Source: Dipteris shenzhenensis (lineage: Eukaryota). From it: a DNA stretch of 64,000 nucleotides. Where the stretch lies: NCBI GenBank assembly GCA_047967505.1, contig CM106538.1. The stretch is one strand, 5' to 3'. Each line of letters opens with the position of its first letter. Positions within the stretch are counted from its first letter, which is position 1. This document shows positions 24,759 to 36,410 of this stretch, one piece after another. A program made the position numbers and the translations under genes. The notes beneath the pieces are model-generated. The model ran no database searches. It worked only from the letters and a program-made list of their open reading frames with translations, and was not told the origin of the DNA.

Positions 24759-25209
24759 GAGAAACTAGACACCCTGTTGCGGCAAAGTGCTAAACGGTGG
24801 AGTTTCAGGTGGCAAGAACAAGTAGCACATCGTCATTGAAGCAGCCCAATGATAGTCACTAATCAAGTAAGGTTCTTGGATAGGAATTTAGTAGGTCAAT
24901 TGTTGCTAGAACCATATGGTAGACAGGAACTGGTCTATAAGAGTCTTATTGTAATGGTGAAATCAGTTTTTGGCTCATAGTGTCTTGTACCAGATGCAAG
25001 TTCAAGCGAGTCTAGAGTCCTGTTGCAAGAGTGAGTGGTTTACCTTGAGTTGAGGCTTGAGTCTATTTAACCCCCGGCTCTTTGTATTGGCCGAGGGCCT
25101 CTTGATTAATACATGTAATGCATTTAGTTGTTTATTCATTGCACTTGTGTACTTGTGTTGCTTCTCATTCCACCCATCTTCATATAGTTTTTTTCCACAC
25201 AACACAGAC

Positions 25210-28200
25210 CCCGTTAGTGCACGATGCGATGGATGGAAGTTGTCTACAATGACCTAAAGTATTCAACCAAGAAGCAACCTTCACGCATTTGGATGGAGGA
25301 TTATGAGCAGTCATCCACAAAAAGTTTTCATGATGAAGAACTTGAAGAGCCCCTACTAAAGCGAAGTCAACGGCCTGCGACTGGGTCCATGGATGTTTTT
25401 ATCGAAGCTATACTTTTATATTAATATAAAATCTTGGCAAAAGTTTACCAAGTTGTTTTTTTTACTTTCACCATGTTGACAAAACATAGTATGATTTTAT
25501 ATATTTTCTTTTGAATTTCTATGTAAAATATGAATTTTGGCAAAGTATTTGAATTTTTTGCATAAAGTTTCAAATCTTGGCAAATGTTTCAAAATTTTAT
25601 TTTTATTAGGCCATATAAACTTTCAATGCCAATATAAAATTTTCACTTTTTAATGAAACTAACATGAAAAAATCATCCATGACTAGGTCTATATGGGGAG
25701 CATCTACACTAGAGCCAAGACAAGCTTCCAATCAAGAAGGACAACAAGATTCTGTTCATGAGCCAGAGAGAACAAGAGTGTGGTCATGCCAATAGGTGGG
25801 TTTCTAACCAAGAAATGAGCCATGCTCGAGTCTGAGCAAGCAGAGAACCATCCTAGGTTCCAGTATCCAGGCCAAGTTTTCCAAGCCTGGCCTTCCCAGG
25901 AAATCCAACCATGTCTAAGCAAAAGTACTCCAAGAACTACTATGCCAAGTCCTCAACATTGAGCAAAGTATGATACCCTATCAAGCGTATGTATGAGTTG
26001 GGAGACCAACACAGGGGCCAAGCCTAGTCGCATCTAAAATGCCAGTATGTGGAAGACCGATACCAATTGCATCAAAAGTAATTGGTATCCAAATTAGAAT
26101 GGGAATTATAGGATAAAGAACTAGCTATTGATTAGTGACCTGAGCCAAGTATGCCAATACAGGCAACAAAACTTGGTGAAGCTTCCTGGAGCAAAAAAAA
26201 AGAAGTATTGGATAATGCCCATCAGCAAATGTGGCTAAGGCATGGGAAATGTTCCAAGATATGGTTAGTCAAAGCATTGCAAATTGCTACATATTGCCAT
26301 AAATTCTTTTTCCAATACCTCCGAGCTAAAGATAAACCACCCAAGTATGTGGAATACTTGGTGACCATACCAATCATTGATAACCTGATGGTGTCATTAT
26401 TGATGGAGGATATGGAGTTACCATCCTTTCAAAGGATCTTGCCAATCAAATCAAGTTCAAGTGCCTTAAGGCGTCATCATTCAGGATGTGGATGGCAGAT
26501 CAATAACGAGTAGAAACAAAAGGTAAGTTACAAGATGTTGCCATTACAATTGGTGGAATTCATTATATAGTAAGTCTGTTAGTCATACATATGGATGAGA
26601 ATGGGTACCCAATCCTATCGGCTCTACCTTGGCTTGAAAGTGTAAAGATGATGCATGACTAGGGTTTTGACTTGATGACTATCAAAACGGGTGACACTGA
26701 AATTGAAATTCCTACAAACACTAGTATACCAAGTACTTGTTGCCCAAAAAACTTGGAAGTATCAGATCACTTTCCAAAAGATATTGAAACTCGGTTGATG
26801 GAGATGCAAATATTACTAGTGGGCGAGATTGATGCGACTGAGCTCAAGGAAAAGATAAAAGCTGAGAAACTAGTCAAGCAACAACATTATTACCCAAGCA
26901 ACTTTATAGAGGATGTGGTTGGTGAGTTGAGAACTCTATTGAGAAATAGTTACTATTACTCGTCTTGGATCAGAACATTTAATCCCAGAACCAACACAGA
27001 ACTCAACTTGGGAAGTGAGGAGGATCCTTAGATAGTGATTGTTAGTGCACACTTACCTGGTGGTCAACTTCAAGCACTTAAGGATTTATTTCTACAATAA
27101 AAGGATGTGTTTGCATGGATTTATATAGATATGCACAGAGTGCTACCAAAGATTTGTCAGCACCAAATACCCCTGGTTCTAGATGCTAAACCCATTTGGC
27201 AAAAACAGTACCGCATGAATTCAAATTATGCCAAGCAAGTCAAAGAAGAATTGGATAAATTGGTTTAGGCAGGGTTTATTTATGCCATTTATAAGAGTGA
27301 TTGGTTATTCTTAATAGTCACGGTACCAAAGAAGAATGGAAATCTTCGAGTCTATGTGGACTACTGGAAGCTTGATGTTGAAATAGTACCAGATCCATAA
27401 TTCCTTTCACAAATGGGAATTTGGACAAAGTTGCAAGACATGATATGCACTCATTTATGGATGGTTACAGTGGTTCAACCAGATATTAGTTGCACCTAAA
27501 GACCAATCCAAGACAACATTTATTATAGAATGGGGTGCTTATGCCACAAAAGTGAACCGTTGGGTTACGAAATACAGCTTCTACTTTTCAAACATTCATG
27601 GTGGATACATTTTGGGACTACCTCACCGAGTTCATCACTTATTATTCGTGTGTGTACTAAGAATTTATTTGGATGATTTTTGTGTGTACTAAGAAACTAA
27701 TCAACACCTTATGTACCTGGGTAGGGTTTTTGCCAGGTGCAAACAAGAGGGTATATCACTTAATCTATCCAAAAGTGTCTTTTGCGTTCATGTTAGCATA
27801 CTTCTTGGACATGATTTCTAAAGATGGTGTTTGCACTAAGCTAGGTAGGATCAAGTACATTGAGAAAATTTCTAAGTCATAGAACGTTAAATTAGATAAT
27901 CAGCTTTTATAAAGGATTTTGCAAAAATTTCTAGCCCTTTATATGAAATGACCAAGCAAAATACCAAGTTCCAGTGACCAAGGAGTTAGCTATAGCTTTC
28001 CATGATCTAAAGAAATGGGCCACTAAAACACCCATCTTGTGGCAACCAAGGTGGGATGTCATATGTAGATGTGTCTGGTTATGCCATTAGATTTATCTTG
28101 TCCTAGTGAGAAGGTAAATTGGACTACCTAGTCTACTATGCAAGTAGACTTATGACCCAAGATGAGTGCAATTATAGTACCACTGAACGAGAGGCGCTTG

Positions 28201-29700
28201 TATGGCTTATAGTGTCCAAAAATTTTGACACTATCTACTTGGTAATCAATTCATCTTCTAAGTCGATCACTAAGCTTTATTACACTTGATCAACAAAATA
28301 GTGTGATTAAGGTCGCTTGGTTCGATGGATTCTTATGTTACAAGAGTTTAATTTTTAGATTGTTCATAAACCTAAGAAAATCTATGTAGGAGTAGAATAC
28401 TTGTCTCAGTTACCTGCTTTGAAAGAAACTCAAGGTGCTTGAACCGAATTACCTGATGCACAATTGTTTGCTATTGGTTTTGTGGACACTGAATATGATA
28501 ACAATTGATGTAGTGTCTCTCTCAAGAAACATTTTTGAAGCATATGACCAAGGACAAAGTGTAGATAGTTAGCTTTAAAATTCTTGTGTCATGCTCTCAT
28601 TGGTGGTCATTTGTATTGCTAAGGAGTTGATGGCGTATTGTGTAGGTGGGTTTTACCACATGAATGCGAAGTGGTCCTCACTGAGGCTCACATTGAGCCT
28701 ACCAGTGGTCATTATGGTGGAGATTTAACAACTCGAAAAGTACTCCAAGCCAGGCTATGGTGGGAACCCTTATTTAAAGATGCTTATGCTTTAAAGGTCA
28801 TGTGCCTCTTCAACCAAGTCATCCTTGGGAATCTTTTCAAAGATGGGGATTGGATTTCATGGATCAATTGAAGACTACTCAATACACACAGAACAACTAT
28901 GTCTTGGTAGCCATAGATTATGCCACTAGTGGGTTGAGGCTAAAGCAATGAGAGATGATTCGCCTAAAGTATGGCCAAAATCCTATTTGAAAATATCATA
29001 TGAAGATTTCGATGTCCCATTGAATTTGTCAGTCACTAAGGAACTCACTTCATGAATGAAGTATTATCCCTAACCAAAGATTTCTTGTAATGCATTGAGT
29101 TGCTACAACTTATTACCTACATTGTGGCGGCCCAGCCGAGTCTTCTAATAAACTTATTAAGCTTATTGTCACCAAGACAGGAATCACTCATTGGTGAGAT
29201 TGGGGCACCAAGCTTCATGCGGCCTTATGGGCTTACGGTATTGCTTACAAGATAACAACAAACCTTACTCCCTTCTGAATGTATTTTGGATTGGAAGCAG
29301 TAGTTCCTTAAGAATTTTTAGTATCAAGTCTACGAGTTGTTGTCGAGAGACAATTGCATCAACTGGAAGAGATAGATGAATTATGACTCCGAGCAGCTTG
29401 GTCACAGCAAGTCATTTGTCGATGAAAATCTAGGCATGACAGGAACATTATGCCCAAGCACCTTAAAAAAGAGATGTTGGTTCTTCTCTACAAATGCCAA
29501 GCTTGGCCCCTTGAAGCCTAATTTAAGGATGGAATATACCAGTTAATTGAAGTATATGATAATGGGATAGTGCAATTGGCCGATATCCAGGGACCAGTAA
29601 TTCTTGAACAAATCATTGGGAGTCGAGTCGAGCCTTACCAAGCACAAGTGTACCTAGTGCCCTGGTCCAACATACAAGCTATTCAACAGACACATTAGTG
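25210..29700 (+). mobile_element. Heavily decayed Ty3/gypsy gag-pol
   Basis: Protease-like VIIDGGYGVTIL (~26390), RT (VTVPKKNGNLRVYVDY, FMDGYSG), RNase H (NYSTTEREAL), integrase (EAHIEPTSGHYGGDLTTRKVLQARLWW, AESSNK). The 5' boundary is uncertain. Confidence 0.88.
25379..25689. mobile_element. Possible MITE: AT-rich insert with imperfect terminal inverted repeats
   Basis: GACTGGGTCCATGGATGTTTTT at left vs AAAAAATCATCCATGACTAGGTC at right; abrupt AT-rich interior; no TSD seen. Confidence 0.35.
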
Positions 29701-30226
29701 TAGAGGGTTAATTGAGTAATTTATTTTGGGAAATTATAGGATCAACATGGGGTTCATAGAGTCCAAGACTGCTATTATGTGCCACTTAATGATGGCGTGG
29801 GAATCTAAACTACTCCTATATTTGTCATTGACTTTTTTTGTAATGCAATAAAATATTTAAATGCAAGCAACACACTCAAACCAAAAATTTCTTTATAGTA
29901 GAGTACTTTAAAACATGACATCCGAAAGTGGAGTCACATGTCCAAACATGCAATATCTATATCCAAGCACCGAGTTGATATGTTTAGATACACATCCACG
30001 AACAAAGTCATAACTAAACATACAAAATCTACATTAGAGATGCAAGACAAAAACATCCATAAGGGAAAAGCCTATGGTCATGTGCTTTCTGTCCATCACA
30101 GCGACTGTATCGGTGATGAATGAATCATGGAATACGAACAATCCGATCTGTACCCACATCAGACAAAAAGACAATTTACTAGGAACTATAATTATTGAGC
30201 CACAAAATTTTTATGACGATATGTTG

Positions 30227-31650
30227 ATAAAACGGTATAACAGTTTCATTCCATTCTGGCTCATGTGTCCCAACCGGCAATGCCACAAAGAAGTACTTGG
30301 CTGCTTTGTTATTGCAACAATGTGATCAGACACCCCTGATACATGTAAGGGATACAATGTCCTATGCTTGGCACCCCTTGCCAAAACCATAGAGCCCTTC
30401 TAAATTTTCCAACTCTGATACATGTAAGGGATACAATGTCCTACGCTTGGCACCCCTTGCCAAAACCATAGAGCCCTTCTGAAATTTCCAACTCTGATAC
30501 ATGTAAGGGATACAATGTCCTACACTTGTCACCCCTTGCCAAAACCATAGAGCCCTTCTGAATTTTCCAATTTTGGCTCATGTGTCCCAACCGGCAATGC
30601 CACAAAGAAGTACTTGGCTGCTTTGTTATTGCAACAACGTGATCAGACACCCCTGATACATGTAAGGGATACAATGTCCTATGCTTGTCACTCCTTGCCA
30701 AAACCATAGAGCCCTTCTAAATTTTCTAACTCTGAAAGCCAAAGTTGATTTGAAAACCAACATCTTCTAGCTAACCTACTAAAATGAGACTCTTGTTCAG
30801 CTTAGGCACATGTCTCACATTTTTTAAAACAAATACAGAACCATTTGCAAAAGAAAACTTTAAGTCAATTGCTCCCACTATGTCACATGCATAATTATTT
30901 CCAAGATGCACACGTCTGCCCACTGTTATAAGTGGAGAACCTTTCTCTATAGGGTGTGACATGGAATGAAGCACTAGAATCCAAAATCCCATATTGGGAA
31001 TATGCATCATCTGAAGTGGTAAGCTAAACAGATAGACTAGACATTAAGAGAATGTCATTATCACTATCATCAGTGGCTACATTAATCTCCTCGATCTTTA
31101 CTTTTCCTTTGTCCTCCCTTGGACTCTCTTCCTTCTTATTTGCACCCCAATTTGCATTCTTTTTCTTAACTTCCTTCTTATTTGCACCCCAATTTGCATT
31201 CTTTTTCTTATCCGTTTGCTCTCTTTTTCAGCTTGTAGCAATCCTTTTTCATGTGGCCCTTCTTGCCACAATGGTAACACTCAATATTTCGTGCCCTAGA
31301 TTTACTATGAGACTTCCCCCCGAACTATGATTTTCCCCTTTGCACCTTTATGGCTGCATCCTACTTATTGCCATCCATAGACTTCCATCTAATCTCCTCG
31401 GCCAAGAAGCTACCCACAACATCATCAAACTTTAGTACTCCACCATGTGCAAAGTTACTGATAGTTGTATAAAAGGTATCCCATGAGGATGGCAATGAAC
31501 ACAAGAGGAATATTGCCTTCATCTCCGCATCAAATTTTAGCTTCTGAGCCTGAAGCTGGCTGAAAATAATATTGAATTCATTCAAGTGAGAAGCAATGGA
31601 CACCCCTTCCTTCATGTACAACTCAAACAACCTCTTCATGAGGTGTATTA
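30227..31650 (-). mobile_element. Ty1/copia gag-protease-GAG-pre-integrase segment, inverted relative to the adjacent INT-RT
   Basis: LMKRLFELYMKEG..HLNEFN..FLLCSLPSSWDTF; WILDSSASFHV; LKNVRHVPKLNKSLI; LWHCRLGHMSQNGMKLL. Confidence 0.9.
30258..30733. repeat. Complex tandem amplification A-B-B-B-A-B (units ~79 bp)
   Basis: B (CTGATACATGTAAGGG..) starts at 30336, 30415, 30494 and 30653; A (GGCTCATGTGTCCC..) at 30258 and 30575. Confidence 0.92.
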
Positions 31651-31679
31651 GAGGCAGTTTCCTTCTCATAAGTGGCACA

Positions 31680-33550
31680 TAAATGTATCACATTCGAGTT
31701 TTTATGATTTTGAATTTTGTGCGCACTGTCTCTATGGGAAACATACTAAATCAGTCCATAAAAGAACGGGAAAGAAAGAGCTTGAAAAGCTTAATTTGGT
31801 GCATTCAGATGTATGTGGTCCCATGCCTACATGGTCATTAGGCGAGGCTTAATACTATGTGACTTTTATTGATGATGCAACTAGGAAGGTGTGGGCTTAT
31901 GCTATGGCTTGGAAGAGCAATGTATTTCAGGTATTTCAGAAATGGCTGGCTTTGGTTGAACATCAATCAAGTAGAATGCTTCAATGCCTACAAATTGACA
32001 ATGATGGAGAGTCTCTCTCATGACTTTTAACATTTATGTGATACACGAGAGGGAGCTCACGCCCCCTCATACTCCAAAGAAAAAAGATGAGCCGCACCAT
32101 TTAGGAAAGGTTGCTGTGTATGCATTCCAATGCAATTCTTTCTGGTGGTTTTTGGGCTGAGACAATGCAGACTGCAGTGCATGTGATCAATAGATCACCT
32201 AGTAAGAGTTTGGTGGTGGTATTCCTTAAGAGGCATGGAGTGGGAAGAAGCCCTCTTACTCTCATTTGCGTATATTTGGGTGTGAGGCATATGCACATGT
32301 GACAAAAGAGCTTTGGAAGAAGCTAGATCCTAAGTCTAGGAAATGCATCTTTCTAGGTTATGGTGAAAGTGGAGAGATGGGCTATCGGCTCTGAGATCCC
32401 AAAGCAAAGAAGATCATACGAAGTGGTGATGTGGTATTCAACGAGAAGAAGATGCATAAGACATCCATGAGGGACGTGGAAATGAGGAGAATCACTTTCC
32501 AATATCTGAATCCACTTGTAAATGTTAATAGGCAGTAAGTTGTCCATGCACCGATGGTGTCACCAGGTACTCGGACAGGTACACAATCAAGGGCAGATGA
32601 TGAATCATCTATTAATTGGTGGAAATGAATGTTTATGATATGCAGGCAGGACAGCAAGCTGAAATGCCCTTGAGAAGATCAATTGACCGCCTACTGATAG
32701 ATTTGTTCCAGGGGCAGAGTATGTGATGCTTACTAATTGCGGGGAGCCTTCTTGCTATAGGGAGGTTGTAATGCGTGAGGATCAGCGCAAGTGGGAGTAT
32801 GCTATGTAATAAGAGATGAATTCACTCATGAAAAATAAGAGTTGGGACTTGGTTTCTTTGCCACATGGAAAGAAAGCATTGCCATGTAAATGGGTCTATA
32901 AGATGAAGGTCGCAGGCGTTGATGTGCCTAAGTACAAGACCCGTTTGGTTGCTAAAGGGTTCAAGTAAGAGAAGGGAGTGGACTTTGATGAGATATTCTT
33001 TCTGATTGTGAAGATGACCACACTTAGATGCGTACTTGGACTTGTGGCAGCAGAGGATATGGAGCTTATGCATATGGATGTCAAGACTACTTTCTTACTA
33101 GGCATCTTCATGAGGAAATTTACATGGTACAGCCAAAAGGCTTTGAAGAAAAGGGCAAAAAGTATTTGGTTTGCAAGCTGAAAAAGAGTCTCTATAGCCT
33201 TAAGTAAGCGCCCATAGAATGGTATATGAAGTGAGATTGATCACTACCTCTTTAATAGAAGAGCTAAGGATAATAGCCTCATACTCTTGGCACTTTATGT
33301 GGATGATATGCTATTGGCTAGCAAGAATACTTATGAGCTAGATGCATTGAAAGCCAAGTTGCATGAGGCCTTTGACATGAAAGATTTGAGACCTGTAGGT
33401 CACATTCTTAGTATGCGCATCACACGCGGGAGTAGGAAACTCCTTTGGCTTTCACAAAAGGAGTATGTTACAAAAGCATTGTAGTGTTTTAATATGGAGG
33501 GGGGGGGAAGGTAGTAAGTACTCCATTACCTCCATATGTGAAACTGAGTC
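31680..33550 (+). mobile_element. Decayed Ty1/copia integrase-RT, same family as 61367-64000, truncated within RT
   Basis: FEFCAHCLYGK, VHSDVCGP, FWAETMQTAVHVINRSP, ALPCKWVYK, ALYVDDMLLASKNTYELDALKAKLHEAFDMKDL (identical in the right-edge copy). Confidence 0.95.
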
Positions 33551-34388
33551 GGGGACATTCACGTTTAACTTTTTATTACTGTGAATAATGACTTTGACTT
33601 ATTAGTACTTGATTTATCATGTTGGCTAGAGATATAACATTGATAGAATTTTTAATGGTTGTTTGGAGAGATTTTTTTTAAACTCCCTATCGACATTTCG
33701 ATTATTATGATTCTCTAGACTAGAAAATATCAAAGCAAGCTTGTATCATCATTTTAAACATTTTGTATACCTTGTTAACTCAACACAAGACTAGCATTAA
33801 GAAATCAACATATAAGCTCCTTTATTGAGAAATATCCTATTTCATCACCTCTTTGAATGTACATGTGAATGAGATCATAGAGGGTCGTGGATCTAATCCA
33901 AACTAAGATTCTCAAATCTTTTAAAACTTGCATTGAATAACTTAATATATATTTAATTGATGTCATAAAATTTGTTAATCCAAGTGTGCTTTCTCTCCTT
34001 GATTGAGGATCCAAGTACTTTCTCCTTTTCTTCGGTTTGAAAGTGAACTTTTTCTTGTTTGAAAGATTTAAGCCTTGCATCAATGTGTTTGGAATCAAAC
34101 CTTTCAATGTCCAAGACTTTTAGGAATTTGCAAAGTGCAAATGTATCAATCAATGATAAAAATAGCATTCAAAACTCACTAATAACTTTCTTCATTGTGA
34201 CATTATGTTCATACAAATATTATTTTCCTCTACTTCACCATATGCATCCTATAAAGAGTGCAGCATCCTATAGAGAGTGCAGACAAAAAGGAAGAGCTGC
34301 GTGCATGAATGTGCATGATGCATCCTATAGAGTGCATCCTATAGAGAGTGCAAACGAAAAGGAAGAGATGCATGAATGTGTATGTGCA

Positions 34389-34407
34389 TGTGCATGCATG
34401 TATACAT

Positions 34408-34455
<48 letters not shown>

Positions 34456-34533
34456 CAAATCAAGTCAAGGCCGACTTTGCAGTTGCATGCATCAATGTGT
34501 TAGTGCTGCGTGCATACAGCATGCATGTGTGTG

Positions 34534-34578
<45 letters not shown>
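34389..34578. repeat. Two (AG)n microsatellites
   Basis: Runs at ~34409-34451 and ~34538-34578, each preceded by TG/CA-rich sequence. Confidence 0.95.
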
Positions 34579-34580
<2 letters not shown>

Positions 34581-35191
34581 CAAATCCATTTCCATAATAT
34601 TCTTTTTTTAGAATAATACATCAATAAAAAAACTCCATCAAGCACTCTTCGAGCACAAACGGTTTACGGAACCCATCAGCCAAAATGCTTGACTTAATCT
34701 GGTAGCGGGAATGAGTGATTCCATAATACAATAAGCAAAAGAAACGTAGATCTAGCAAGTATACTATTCATTCACAATACCTGCAGCAATGAGACCAACA
34801 AGATGCATCTGCAGACCATTTCGAAGCCAATATGCGGCTTTTTAAAGAGAGGGACTACTATTAACACAGTCAACTTTGTTCACATCCAATGTCAAAATTC
34901 ACAGGCACATGTATCATGTGACTATCAAATTAACAAAACAATAGCCATTCATATTGTAACTAAAGAGATGCATCGGGGTTTGTGTAAAATGTATAAACCC
35001 GGAGAACTCAATGTAACACAACGATGCAAGTAACAAGAGAGTATATATATTAGCTATACATGTAAAAAAGTTTTACACCTGCAGAAAGTATCTCGGAAAC
35101 ATGATGCCCTTTACAGCGATGTATGTATTGAAGTCCCTCAGCTACAATAAATCAATGAATAATCCGGCTCTCATCAGATTCAAACAAATGT

Positions 35192-35398
35192 TTAGCATAA
35201 TACTGCACCCGCAACGAGAGAAAGGAGACTCAGCACAGCCACAAAGATTGGGGCCGTTGCTGTATTCCAGTCTGCTCCAGACATTGGTGACGGAGCAGGG
35301 CTCTCTTGGCCCATCACGGTCGCGCTGCACAGCAGCAGAAAAGCGCTGATTGCAGCAGCCAAAACTGTGAAGAAGAAGGATTCAGATCGCAGAGCCAT
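35192..35398 (-). CDS. Arabinogalactan peptide (AG-peptide) precursor, 68 aa, predicted GPI-anchored
   Basis: MALRSESFFFTVLAAAISAFLLLCSATVMG (signal peptide), QESPAPSPMS (short SP/AP glycomodule starting with Gln), GA..APIFVAVLSLLSLVAGAVLC (omega site and hydrophobic tail). Confidence 0.88.
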   Translation of the reverse strand: MALRSESFFFTVLAAAISAFLLLCSATVMGQESPAPSPMSGADWNTATAPIFVAVLSLLSLVAGAVLC

Positions 35399-35449
35399 TT
35401 TCTCGAAGCAAAGTCTGTCAACTACTGTGCCTTTGTCTGCAACTGTCAC

Positions 35450-35967
35450 CTGTACAGTGACAAACAAACGAGAAGTCATGACATAACCGTCAAACACAAA
35501 CAATACATATACGCATCAGTAGTCATTTCAAGTCCTGATTCAAGATTCTGGACAGCTCCCCCGCTCATATGCTACCCAAGAAGTCCCAAAAACCACTGAA
35601 AAACTGGACCTCCGCTAAAATTCTTTCATAGCTGTTCCCGATCAAGACTTGCCGTGTCATTCTGCGAGCATCGCTTGGAAACAGAAAAAGGCAAGCGTTC
35701 TCTTTCGCTGTTGCGGATCGAAAGCAAAGCCCTCCTGCCCTGCTTTTCGCTACCCGTCTCCTCCTTCCTACATCGCCCACTACTCGAGTTTCCCCGGAGA
35801 GATTTTTTTCCAAAATAGCGACATCCTAACGCTACAGATTCTCCATCCTCGGTGTTGATTCAAGCTCCCCGCAACACATCCGAGGAACCCAAAAGAGAGG
35901 AAACCAGAGAGAGAAACGAGAGAGCGATGGGTCGAATCAAAATTCAGAGGAGAGGCTAATATGTTAC
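35450..35967 (-). other. Predicted 518-nt 5'-UTR intron of the AG-peptide gene
   Basis: Donor CAG|GTAACAT at 35967; acceptor ..TTTGTTTGTCACTGTACAG|GT at 35450, 51 nt of exon before the ATG. Confidence 0.65.
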
Positions 35968-36114
35968 CTGGAGCGAGAGAGCAAGCAAGCAGCAGGGGCG
36001 ATCGATCGATCGATCGGGGGGTGAACTGAATGGAGGAAAGAAAGAAAGAACTTCGAAGGCAGAGAGCAAGGCGGTGAGTGATCTGAGGGTGCCAGGAAGA
36101 GGGAACTGCATACG

Positions 36115-36410
36115 AATATATATACAACAGAGACGAGCTGGCAACGTGGAGCTTTGCTGGCCGTCGGCTGGAAGATCCGACGGCCAGCGAGGCTTGTCAG
36201 CGTAGCCTGCACGCCGTAGAACCTGCCTGCCGTTGCGGCCCCGAAACCGCTGATGACGCCAGCAGCGCACGGCTTTTCTGCCCGCAAAACCGCTGATGAC
36301 GCCATCCTTTTTCGTCCCAAAACCAGGATCCGCCCTCGCCATACCGCGTTGTTTCCCAAACCGCTGTTTTCTTTGGTCCTGGAATGCTTTCCAGCCTTTT
36401 GCCACGTGTT
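36115..36410 (-). promoter_or_regulatory. Promoter of the AG-peptide gene: TATA box, ACGT cores, duplicated TGACG-containing 18-mer
   Basis: TATATATATT at 36124-36115 followed by a CT-rich leader; CAACGTGG at 36142-36149; CACGTG at 36403-36408; AAACCGCTGATGACGCCA at 36244 and 36287; CpG-rich. Confidence 0.7.

Noticed and set aside
35399-35503. 35-aa N-terminal extension of the AG-peptide ORF
   Set aside because: It begins inside the predicted intron and would bury the signal peptide; ATG 35398 fits better.
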